32,000 nt of DNA from Allobaculum fili (GTDB lineage Bacteria > Bacillota_I > Bacilli_A > Erysipelotrichales > Erysipelotrichaceae). Made by a program: the position numbers and the translations under genes. Positions 22,390-28,996 of the stretch are shown here, in pieces. Below the pieces are notes generated by a model. It was not told the DNA's origin. It ran no database searches and saw nothing but the letters and a program-made list of their open reading frames with translations. How positions within the stretch are numbered: position 1 is the stretch's first letter; the number at the start of each line of letters is the position of its first letter. The stretch spans positions 1 to 32,000 of the forward strand of contig NZ_JAHDSX010000017.1 in the NCBI RefSeq assembly GCF_020969955.1. The letters are read 5' to 3'.

Positions 22390-23256
22390 TTACTTCGCCG
22401 GGAAGGCGATTCCTTTGAATTCTTCAGTGATGAAGTTTTTGATTTCTTCGGATTTCAGGGTATCGACAAGTGATTTGATCGCCGGATCGTCTTTTCTGGA
22501 TTCCTTAACGGCGATGACGTTCTGGTACGTCTGTGCAGCTACCGAGTCCGCAGCTTCGGTTTCGAGCAGCTTGTCTTCCACGCCGGAAGCGAGGGCGTAG
22601 TTGCCGTTGATTACGCCGTAATCGATATCCGGAAGCTTGGAAGCCACCTGGTCCGCCGCAATTTCAACGATGTCGAGGTTTTTCGGGTTGTCGACGATAT
22701 CGCGAACGGTTGCCGTGGAAATGGTTGCGTCTTCATCAAGCGTGATCCAGCCAAGGCTTTCGAGCAGGTACAGAGCGCGGGCTTCGTTGGTCGCATCGTT
22801 TGGAACGACGATGGTTGCTCCGTCTTCGATTTCATCAACAGACTTGTGCTTTTCGGAATACAGACCGAGCGGTTCGTAGTGGATGGCGCCTGCGCTTACG
22901 AGGTAGCCGTCATCTCCGGATTTGTAGCCGTTGTCTTCATCGTAGCTGATCAGATACGGTTCGTGCTGGAAGTAGTTGGCATCCAGAGAGCCGTCGGATG
23001 TGGACGGGTTGATGTTTGGATAATCGGAGAATTCCACGATTTTCAGATCGATGCCCTGATCGGCCAGTGCGTCTTTGGCTTCTTCCAGGATGATCGCGTG
23101 CGGGCTGGTCGTTGCGCCCACAGTCAGTGTGGTTCTTTCGCCTTCGGCACTGGATGCAGAAGCAGCAGCTGAAGAGGCGGCAGGCTGGCTGTTCGAGCAG
23201 GCAGCCAGCGAGAGCGCGAGTGCGCCGCAGGCAAGAAGCGAAGTCAGTTTTTTCAT
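22390..23256 (-). CDS. metQ: Methionine ABC transporter substrate-binding lipoprotein (MetQ/NlpA family)
   Basis: 288 aa with lipobox LAAC and a NlpA-family body. GGGAGG RBS. Last gene of the metN-metI-metQ order. Confidence 0.92.
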   Translation of the reverse strand: MKKLTSLLACGALALSLAACSNSQPAASSAAASASSAEGERTTLTVGATTSPHAIILEEAKDALADQGIDLKIVEFSDYPNINPSTSDGSLDANYFQHEPYLISYDEDNGYKSGDDGYLVSAGAIHYEPLGLYSEKHKSVDEIEDGATIVVPNDATNEARALYLLESLGWITLDEDATISTATVRDIVDNPKNLDIVEIAADQVASKLPDIDYGVINGNYALASGVEDKLLETEAADSVAAQTYQNVIAVKESRKDDPAIKSLVDTLKSEEIKNFITEEFKGIAFPAK

Positions 23257-23476
23257 TTTGTTTTCCTCCCTTTTACTGGAAATGTTTTTTATCGGACTCG
23301 CTCTGGCCGGTCAGGATGCGCAGCCGGTCCGGTCAGGCGAGAAGGATACAGATCAAATTTGAAATGAAGTCAGGCTTTCCGGCTGGATTCAGACACTTTC
23401 GTCTTTGTGGAATTTTTTATGGTCCGCATTTTTTCATTTGCCGGAGAAAGCGTTTGTTTTAAGCGTTTTTAATTCA

Positions 23477-24154
23477 TTAATGCGTTGTCTTGCGCACGAG
23501 CCAGTCGCCGATCCACTGAATGATCGAAATGATGATCAGAAGCAGGATCAGAACGACAAACGTGATATCCCACATCTGTCTCTGCCAGCCAAAGCGGATG
23601 GCCAGGTCGCCCAGACCGCCGGCGCCGACGGTACCGACAATGGCGATCTGCCCGATTACGGCGATCAGAACGATCGTCAGACCGCGGATCATGCCGGGAA
23701 TATTCTGACGAAGATAGACGTTGCAGATGATTTCCCAGGTGCTCATGCCCATGGAAATGCTGGCTTCGACAATGCCGTCGGGAATTTCTTCCATCGCCGA
23801 TTCCAGCTGTCTCGCCATGAACGGGATCGTACCGACAATGAGCGGAACGATGGCCATCTTGATACCGATCGTCGTATGGAAAATCAGACGGGTCAGCCCC
23901 ATCATCAGCGGAATCAGGATGACAAACGGGATGGCGCGAAACAGGTTGATGATTTTATCCAGGATCCAGAAGACCGCTTTATTCGGGGCAATGCCGTCGG
24001 GCTTGGTGATGACCACCAGCACCGCAAGAGGCAGCGCGATGATAAAGCTGACGATTCCGGTGATCACTAACATGATCAGGGTATCCACAATGGCCTGGGG
24101 GAATTCGTCCGCAAACGCGATGACGTTTGGAATCCAGTTACTCAATGTGTCCAC
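23477..24154 (-). CDS. metI: Methionine ABC transporter permease
   Basis: 225 aa with five hydrophobic helices and an EAA-like loop (EASISMGMSTWEII). Overlaps metN by 17 nt. Confidence 0.94.
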   Translation of the reverse strand: MDTLSNWIPNVIAFADEFPQAIVDTLIMLVITGIVSFIIALPLAVLVVITKPDGIAPNKAVFWILDKIINLFRAIPFVILIPLMMGLTRLIFHTTIGIKMAIVPLIVGTIPFMARQLESAMEEIPDGIVEASISMGMSTWEIICNVYLRQNIPGMIRGLTIVLIAVIGQIAIVGTVGAGGLGDLAIRFGWQRQMWDITFVVLILLLIIISIIQWIGDWLVRKTTH

Positions 24155-25181
24155 GCTTGATCACCTCCACTCGAATATGACTGTTTTTCAAATCCGCAAC
24201 GGCGTTTTCAATCTGCTCGTTGCTTCCGGTAAAGATCGTTACCAGCTGGCCGATCGGCTCGTCTTTCCAGATTTCGACGCTTCCGAAAATAATGGAACAG
24301 TCGATGCCGAATTCTCTGGAAATGTGCGAAATCATTGCTTCGGCTGTGCTGCTCGAATCGTACTGCAGCTTGACGAGCTGCTGGTTGGCTTTCAGGCGGG
24401 TCAGCGGATGATTCTGACGAATCAGTTCATCTACCTTGTTGGCGTTGGACGCGGTTGCGATGAACTCCTTGGTCATCTCCTGCAGAGGGTTGGTGAAGAT
24501 CGGGATGATGTCTCCCTGTTCCACTACGCGGCCATTGGCCATAATAGCGACCTCGTCGCACAGCTCCTTAACGACGAACATTTCGTGGGTAATGACAACC
24601 ACCGTAATGTGCCGTTCGGTATTGATGCGCTTAATCAGTTTCAGAATGGTCTGCGTCGTCTGCGGGTCGAGTGCCGAAGTGGCCTCGTCGCAGAGCAGAA
24701 CTTTCGGATCGTTAACGAGCGCTCTGGCAATCGCCACGCGCTGTTTCTGACCGCCGGAAAGCTGGGAAGGATAGGAATCCTTTCGCTCGACCAGATCGAT
24801 CAGCGCCAGCAGTTCCATGACCTTGGCGTCGATTTCTTCCTTTGGCCGTTTTTCCAGCCGCAGCGGCAGGGCGATGTTTTCGTAAATCGTCAGGGCCGGC
24901 AGCAGGTTAAAGTGCTGGAAAATCATGCCCATTTTCGAACGGGCTTTACGCAGCGCTTTGGGCGATGCTTCCATTAAGTCTTCGCCGTCAAAGATTACTT
25001 TTCCCTCATCCGGACGCTCAAGAAGGTTCATGCAGCGAACCAGCGTGGATTTACCGGCACCGGAAAATCCGATGATGCCGTAGATCTGTCCTTTTTTGAT
25101 ATGGAGCGAAACATCTTTTACCGCGCTGACGGTTCCGTCTTTTGTCTGAAACGTCTTTGTGACATGTTCAAGCTCAATCAC
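24138..25181 (-). CDS. metN: Methionine ABC transporter ATP-binding protein with a C-terminal NIL domain
   Basis: I place the start at GTG 25181 (VIELEHVTKTF) because GGAAGGAG lies 6 nt upstream; the upstream extension in the track overlaps the T-box terminator. Walker A GFSGAGKST, signature LSGGQKQR and Walker B LLCDEATSALD. Confidence 0.94.
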   Translation of the reverse strand: MIELEHVTKTFQTKDGTVSAVKDVSLHIKKGQIYGIIGFSGAGKSTLVRCMNLLERPDEGKVIFDGEDLMEASPKALRKARSKMGMIFQHFNLLPALTIYENIALPLRLEKRPKEEIDAKVMELLALIDLVERKDSYPSQLSGGQKQRVAIARALVNDPKVLLCDEATSALDPQTTQTILKLIKRINTERHITVVVITHEMFVVKELCDEVAIMANGRVVEQGDIIPIFTNPLQEMTKEFIATASNANKVDELIRQNHPLTRLKANQQLVKLQYDSSSTAEAMISHISREFGIDCSIIFGSVEIWKDEPIGQLVTIFTGSNEQIENAVADLKNSHIRVEVIKRGHIE

Positions 25182-25194
25182 AGTTTTCTCCTTC

Positions 25195-25478
25195 CTGTCA
25201 GAATCCAGATTGGAAAATCCGGATACAAAAAAAGCCTTCATCACATTAGGACGAAAGCTGACACTTCGTGTTACCACCTAAATTCACATACCTGTCGCCA
25301 GATACGCCTCATCAAGTACAAACATACTCTAACGCTGTAACGGGCGTTCCCGTCAGACCTGTTAATCGGCCATGCTGCTCCAAGACCATGTTCGGACATC
25401 TTCGGCATTTCTTTTCACCAGCCAGAAACTCTCTGCACCCTAGGAATGTCTTACTCTTCTCTTCTTCGCTTATTTATG
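25195..25478 (-). promoter_or_regulatory. T-box leader (tRNA-sensing riboswitch), probable Met (AUG) specifier, controlling metNIQ
   Basis: Minus-strand RNA shows a K-turn/S-turn region GCGAAGAAGAGAAGAGUA, an AG bay AGAGAG and a distal loop CUGGUGAAA. The specifier context is GAAC-AUG-G (AUG = 25389-25387). The T-box sequence is AAUUUAGGUGGUAACACG (25284-25267). The terminator AGCUUUC...GAAGGCU is followed by U7 (25260-25227). Confidence 0.8.
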
Positions 25479-25483
25479 CGCAT

Positions 25484-25511
25484 ACTCTATCACGCTTCTT
25501 GAAAATGGCAA
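25484..25511 (-). promoter_or_regulatory. Promoter of the T-box/metNIQ transcript (TTGCCA, 16 nt spacer, TGaTAGAGT)
   Basis: On the minus strand, the -35 TTGCCA is at 25511-25506 and the -10 TAGAGT is at 25489-25484, with an extended TG. Confidence 0.5.
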
Positions 25512-26032
25512 AAGAAAAAACAGAATATTTTGGGAACTATGTGAATTTTTCCGGGTTCGAATGCAGTTTTTGAGCGGGTTTCTCCCTTTTTTCAAACGTC
25601 CAGGATGAATCGAAACGGCGCATTTTTGCGTCTTCTGTCCATTCTTCTTAAACAAAGTCTTAATTTTAAGGTTTCGTGTATACCCCAAAAGATACGTCTG
25701 GTTTTCTGGAGCGTATTCGTACCAGCAGACAGAATCCAGACCCCATCCAGACGGAACGGCGGATCGCATGCGTCCTCTTTTGAAATCTGGGCTATGCGTG
25801 CCTGTCTCAAATGCGCTTGCAGTTTCCCTTTTTTCGACTGTGTAAAAAAATTCTTGACTCCGCATAAAGAGGATATTAAGGCTCAATCGCGTTTCCGGAG
25901 AAGCAGCCTGCTGAGCGCCTGTCCAATCCAGGCAAAACCCCAGAATTTCTGCGTCCCCCAAACCGGCCGATGTCCATCGGCTGTCCCCTTTTCTATTTTT
26001 CTCAAACTTCATTTTTCTCTCAAAACCTGAAT

Positions 26033-26063
26033 TTCTATTTCATATTTCTATTTCTTCTATTTC
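26033..26063. repeat. Three tandem copies of the 9-mer TTCTATTTC
   Basis: TTCTATTTC occurs at 26033-41, 26046-54 and 26055-63. Near copies occur at 25991-99 (TTCTATTTT) and 26596-604 (TTCTATTTC). Confidence 0.7.
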
Positions 26064-26130
26064 TCTTTGCACCCGTATTTCTTATCCCCCCCATCCGGTC
26101 CGCTTTGTTTTCTCAAAAGAAACGGGCATG

Positions 26131-26162
26131 AAAAAAGAGCCCATTGCCCATGGACTCTTTTT
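26131..26162. terminator. Bidirectional terminator downstream of the 26281..26577 gene
   Basis: GAGCCCAT / ATGGACTC stem (26137-44 / 26150-57, one mismatch) flanked by an A6 run and a T5 run. Confidence 0.5.
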
Positions 26163-26280
26163 CGCAGCAGATTTCTTTCTGGCACAGCTTGACGATTCAA
26201 CCCACGATCCTTTGCCAGAGATAAATCGAATTATGACTGGAAATGCAAAGTGCGCTGCGGCGTGTGTGAATTATGATGGA

Positions 26281-26577
26281 TCAGTTGTATACGTGGAATT
26301 TGATCGCCGAGCAGTTGCGGGAACAAAGCCGATTGGCCTGTGCGATCGCCTCGTGGAAGACTTCCGTAAATCCCATGGAAGATTCAAAGGAATCGTCCTG
26401 GATGGAACGGTTTTCTTCTCTGAGTTCATCGAATTCCTCCTTGGATTCGCTGAGAACCTGATTCGCCCTTTCAAATTCTCCATCGCGCATCATGCGGAGG
26501 GATTTTACCATTTTCGCCCGGAGGTTTCGGCTGTTGGAATTGAGCTGGTAAAGTTTCATTCGTCTATCGTCTTTCAT
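26281..26577 (-). CDS. Small (98 aa) helical hypothetical protein, faintly reminiscent of PTS EIIA-Lac/Cel three-helix bundles
   Basis: Start at MKDDRR (ATG 26577) with GGGAG 10 nt upstream. Charged, helix-favouring sequence (SRNLRAKMVKSLRMMRDGEFERANQVLSESKEEFDELRE). The opposite-strand 171-aa ORF is F-rich and begins inside the terminator, so I treat it as a shadow. Confidence 0.5.
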   Translation of the reverse strand: MKDDRRMKLYQLNSNSRNLRAKMVKSLRMMRDGEFERANQVLSESKEEFDELREENRSIQDDSFESSMGFTEVFHEAIAQANRLCSRNCSAIKFHVYN

Positions 26578-26726
26578 GGCTGCTGTGCTCCCTTTTTCTA
26601 TTTCTCTCAAATGTCTAAGTTCTCTTCAGGTTTTACCTGCTGATTTCTTTGACGGTTAAAGTGTATCAGATGCCATATTTCGAGGAAAAGGCGGATACAC
26701 AGGAAATTTAACCAGGGTAAAGTTTG

Positions 26727-26765
26727 CATTAAGAACACATTAATTAGCATTAAGTTCGTATTAAG
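26727..26765 (+). repeat. Four helically phased direct repeats (G/A)(C/T)ATTAA(G/T)
   Basis: GCATTAAG 26726-33, ACATTAAT 26737-44, GCATTAAG 26747-54 and GTATTAAG 26758-65. ATTAA starts are 11, 10 and 11 bp apart, so repeats 1/3 and 2/4 are each 21 bp apart. Confidence 0.6.
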
Positions 26766-26816
26766 ATAGAAAATAGTCAATTAATCATCATAATCGGATA
26801 AGAAAATAATGAATAA

Positions 26817-26848
26817 ATGCCATATATGCCGAAATTCATATTTGGCAT
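26817..26848 (+). promoter_or_regulatory. 12-bp imperfect inverted repeat ATGCCATATATG-8 nt-CATATTTGGCAT (operator or terminator-like hairpin)
   Basis: The arms are 26817-28 and 26837-48 and are complementary at 11 of 12 positions. They are followed by CGATTTTCTGTCTTTCG. A third half-site ATGCCATATTT lies at 26670-80. Confidence 0.5.
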
Positions 26849-27175
26849 CGATTTTCTGTCTTTCGACCCGTTTTGACAATCGAATCCACAACGGCCAAAA
26901 TATGTCTATACTTTCGTTGTCTAATCTATCTCTTTTTGTCTCATTCTCCGCTTGAGAAATTTCCCTGCCCGCGTACAGAACGGTTAAAAATCGCCTGATG
27001 TTTTAGTAAATTTCGTCTTTTTCAGGCACTTTTTTCACCGTCTTTTTTTCGTCCATTTCTGACGAGAATATGGGATTTATGCGTTATCTTTCCCGCCAGT
27101 CTCTTTTTTGATGATCGTCTTGGACAGGGCGGACGGCCTTCTTCGAAAAGCGGACAGAAGCCGGATCTTTGCCCA

Positions 27176-27184
27176 TGGTATAAT
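27176..27184 (+). promoter_or_regulatory. Extended -10 promoter TGGTATAAT ending 6 nt before the ATG of the hydrolase gene
   Basis: TGGTATAAT occupies 27176-84 and the ATG is at 27191. The intervening TCGGCC has no Shine-Dalgarno sequence. Confidence 0.45.
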
Positions 27185-27190
27185 TCGGCC

Positions 27191-27880
27191 ATGAACTTAC
27201 ATTTCCCGTTTATTCACCGTCCGGATATTGTCGTCACCATTCACGGATTCGGGCGAAGAGTTTCTCACGAGATGGATCCGCTCAAAGCGTGGCTGGAAAA
27301 GCAGGGCTTTGAAGTCTGGACTTTTGATTACTTTGATCCGCAGGATCCAGGCGATACCCGCATGGAAGACTGGATCGGCCGCTGTGAAGAAAAACTGCGC
27401 CAGGCGATTGCGACGGGTCGTCCCGTTCACCTGCTTGGCTTTTCCATGGGCGGCGTGGTTTCTTCCTATCTGGCTTCCGTATTCAAGGTGAAGCATCTGC
27501 TGCTTTGCGCACCGGCCTATTTCCCGCTCGATTTTTATCAGGTGGAACGCGCCGCCAGAAAAGCGCTCTTTCCCTTCAGCGACGGGGATTCCGGCAGTCT
27601 GAGCCGCAATCATACCCAGACGTTTCTGAAAGTCGTCTCGACGTATCGCTATTCGATTTTGCAGGTAGACTGTCCGGTTCTCATTTTGCACGGAACGGCG
27701 GATGAGGTCATCAGCGCCAAATCTTCCGAACGCATGATTTCCCTGCTTGATCCGGCGCATACGCGTCTGCTCTATCTGTATGGAGCGAAACATCGCTTTT
27801 TGTATGACGGCACGTACGAATCGATCGTCTTTCCGATCATTCGCGATTACTTCCGCAATGAGATGACGCCTTTTCACTGA
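27191..27880 (+). CDS. Alpha/beta-fold serine hydrolase (esterase/lipase-like)
   Basis: 229 aa with oxyanion-hole HGFG near the N-terminus, nucleophile elbow GFSMGG, and late D (GTADEV) and H (AKHRF) candidates. Confidence 0.88.
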   Translation: MNLHFPFIHRPDIVVTIHGFGRRVSHEMDPLKAWLEKQGFEVWTFDYFDPQDPGDTRMEDWIGRCEEKLRQAIATGRPVHLLGFSMGGVVSSYLASVFKVKHLLLCAPAYFPLDFYQVERAARKALFPFSDGDSGSLSRNHTQTFLKVVSTYRYSILQVDCPVLILHGTADEVISAKSSERMISLLDPAHTRLLYLYGAKHRFLYDGTYESIVFPIIRDYFRNEMTPFH

Positions 27881-27898
27881 TTGTTATCTCGACCGATT

Positions 27899-27927
27899 GA
27901 CCGCTTCATTTTGAGGCGGTCTTTTTT
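27899..27927 (+). terminator. Rho-independent terminator after the hydrolase gene
   Basis: GACCGCTTCA / TGAGGCGGTC stem (one G-U pair) with a 3-nt loop, then T6 (27922-27). Confidence 0.6.
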
Positions 27928-27979
27928 ATGCCGCCCGGCTGGATCTGCGGACTGGATTTATGCTTTCGTCTGGCCGCTG

Positions 27980-28822
27980 CTATTTTGGTTTGTTCTGCGT
28001 ATCGTCTGTCTTTGATCCTGCCGGCTTTCTCGAGGCGGTTTTCTGCCAGCTTTCGCGTTTGGGCAGATGGTCTTTAAAGTCGGGATCGATCGGAATACTG
28101 AGCACGTCATGAATTTTCTGACGGATTTCCGGTACGACCTTTTCTTCAAATTCCGGGTGCTTCATAAACCAGCCGCGGTTTAATCCCGAGGGATGCGGCA
28201 GGACGCAGCAGGGCTTGCCTTCGTATTCGAGATGGGAAAAGACGAGCTCATCGAGCGTCTTTCCCGGAAAAATCCGGCTGGCGGCTTCTCGGCCGGCGAT
28301 CAGAATCAGCTCGGCTTCCTTAAGAAGCTCAAGCTCTTTTTTCGTCCAGCGCTCGTAACATACGGCAGGCGGTTTCTTGTCGCCGGTCTTTCCCTTGCCG
28401 GGAAAGCAGTGACCCATAACAGTGAAGTAGAAGTTTTTCGGATCGTAAAACTGCTCTTCGCTCAGGTAATACCAGGACTGGCGCAGACGCTTGCCGGAAG
28501 GATCCGCGAAGGGGCGGCCGATTTCATGGACGAGACGTCCGGGCGCCTGAGAAATATGAACGATTTTCGCATGCGGGCCGCCAAAGACGACCGGGCGCGG
28601 TTCAAAACCAAACAATTGGCGGCACTGACGGCAGGCCAGAATCTGTTTCTGAAGACAGTCGATGGGCGTATCGATCCTTTCGGATTGATTGAAATCGGAC
28701 GGTTTAGTTGCCGGCGTCTGGTTTTTGTCCGCCTGTAACGCTGTATCGGTTTCCATAAAACGGTACCTGCTCTTTCTGTGAATCGTGCCTGTCTTTTCGG
28801 CTCTTCTGACAGTGTAGCGCAT
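27980..28822 (-). CDS. Uracil-DNA glycosylase superfamily protein, probably carrying an Fe-S cluster
   Basis: UDG-fold motifs HISQAPG (motif A-like) and VLPHPSGLN (motif B-like). Four Cys residues (CRQC, GHCF, AVCY) are arranged as in family-4 type Fe-S UDGs. The start is ambiguous between 28822 and the METDTAL ATG at 28756. K/T/Q-rich C-terminal tail. Confidence 0.82.
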   Translation of the reverse strand: MRYTVRRAEKTGTIHRKSRYRFMETDTALQADKNQTPATKPSDFNQSERIDTPIDCLQKQILACRQCRQLFGFEPRPVVFGGPHAKIVHISQAPGRLVHEIGRPFADPSGKRLRQSWYYLSEEQFYDPKNFYFTVMGHCFPGKGKTGDKKPPAVCYERWTKKELELLKEAELILIAGREAASRIFPGKTLDELVFSHLEYEGKPCCVLPHPSGLNRGWFMKHPEFEEKVVPEIRQKIHDVLSIPIDPDFKDHLPKRESWQKTASRKPAGSKTDDTQNKPK

Positions 28823-28996
28823 TGAAAGCGGGATACCGCTTCCACCGCTTTAGTCATAGCGTAAATAAAGTCTGCGCAGGAAGGGGCATATGCGTTGCTT
28901 TCTGCCCCCGGTAAAGGATCCGCACAGACGGACGAAGAAACCCGGATCCGTCTGGATCCGGGCAAATGTATTTTCGATCGGAGTTCAGCGTTTCAT

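Noticed and set aside
23721-24977. 418-aa plus-strand ORF. Similar cases are 6087..7397, 11615..12721, 3258..4010, 5460..6074, 15570..16118(-), 12895..13410(-), 10475..11023(-) and 27197..27877(-).
   Set aside because: All lie opposite genes with strong homology signatures or better coding character, and none has an SD or start context.
25548-25566. tRNA-like T-loop sequence GGGTTCGAATG
   Set aside because: The flanking bases cannot form a T-stem, and no acceptor or anticodon arms can be drawn on either strand.
25854-25879. TTGACT ... TATTAA as a plus-strand promoter inside the island
   Set aside because: The spacer is only 14 nt, and no downstream plus-strand gene is evident.
25470-26012. 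180-aa minus-strand ORF in the low-GC island
   Set aside because: Not accepted as a CDS. It has atypical codon usage (AGA/AGG/CGA/GGG), an extremely basic W/C-rich sequence, and a 3' end that runs through the T-box promoter. It is kept as a finding because its length is not trivially explained by chance.
25991-26063. Short tandem repeats as a possible CRISPR array
   Set aside because: The units are only 9 nt with 0-4 nt between them. There is no spacer-like unique sequence and there are no cas genes.
26128-26643. 171-aa plus-strand ORF
   Set aside because: It starts inside a terminator hairpin and is F-rich. It is the mirror image of the more plausible minus-strand 98-aa gene.
26881-26889. 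DnaA-box-like GAATCCACA in the AT-rich island, raising the question of a replication origin
   Set aside because: It is a single 7-of-9 match with no cluster of boxes and no dnaA or replication genes nearby.
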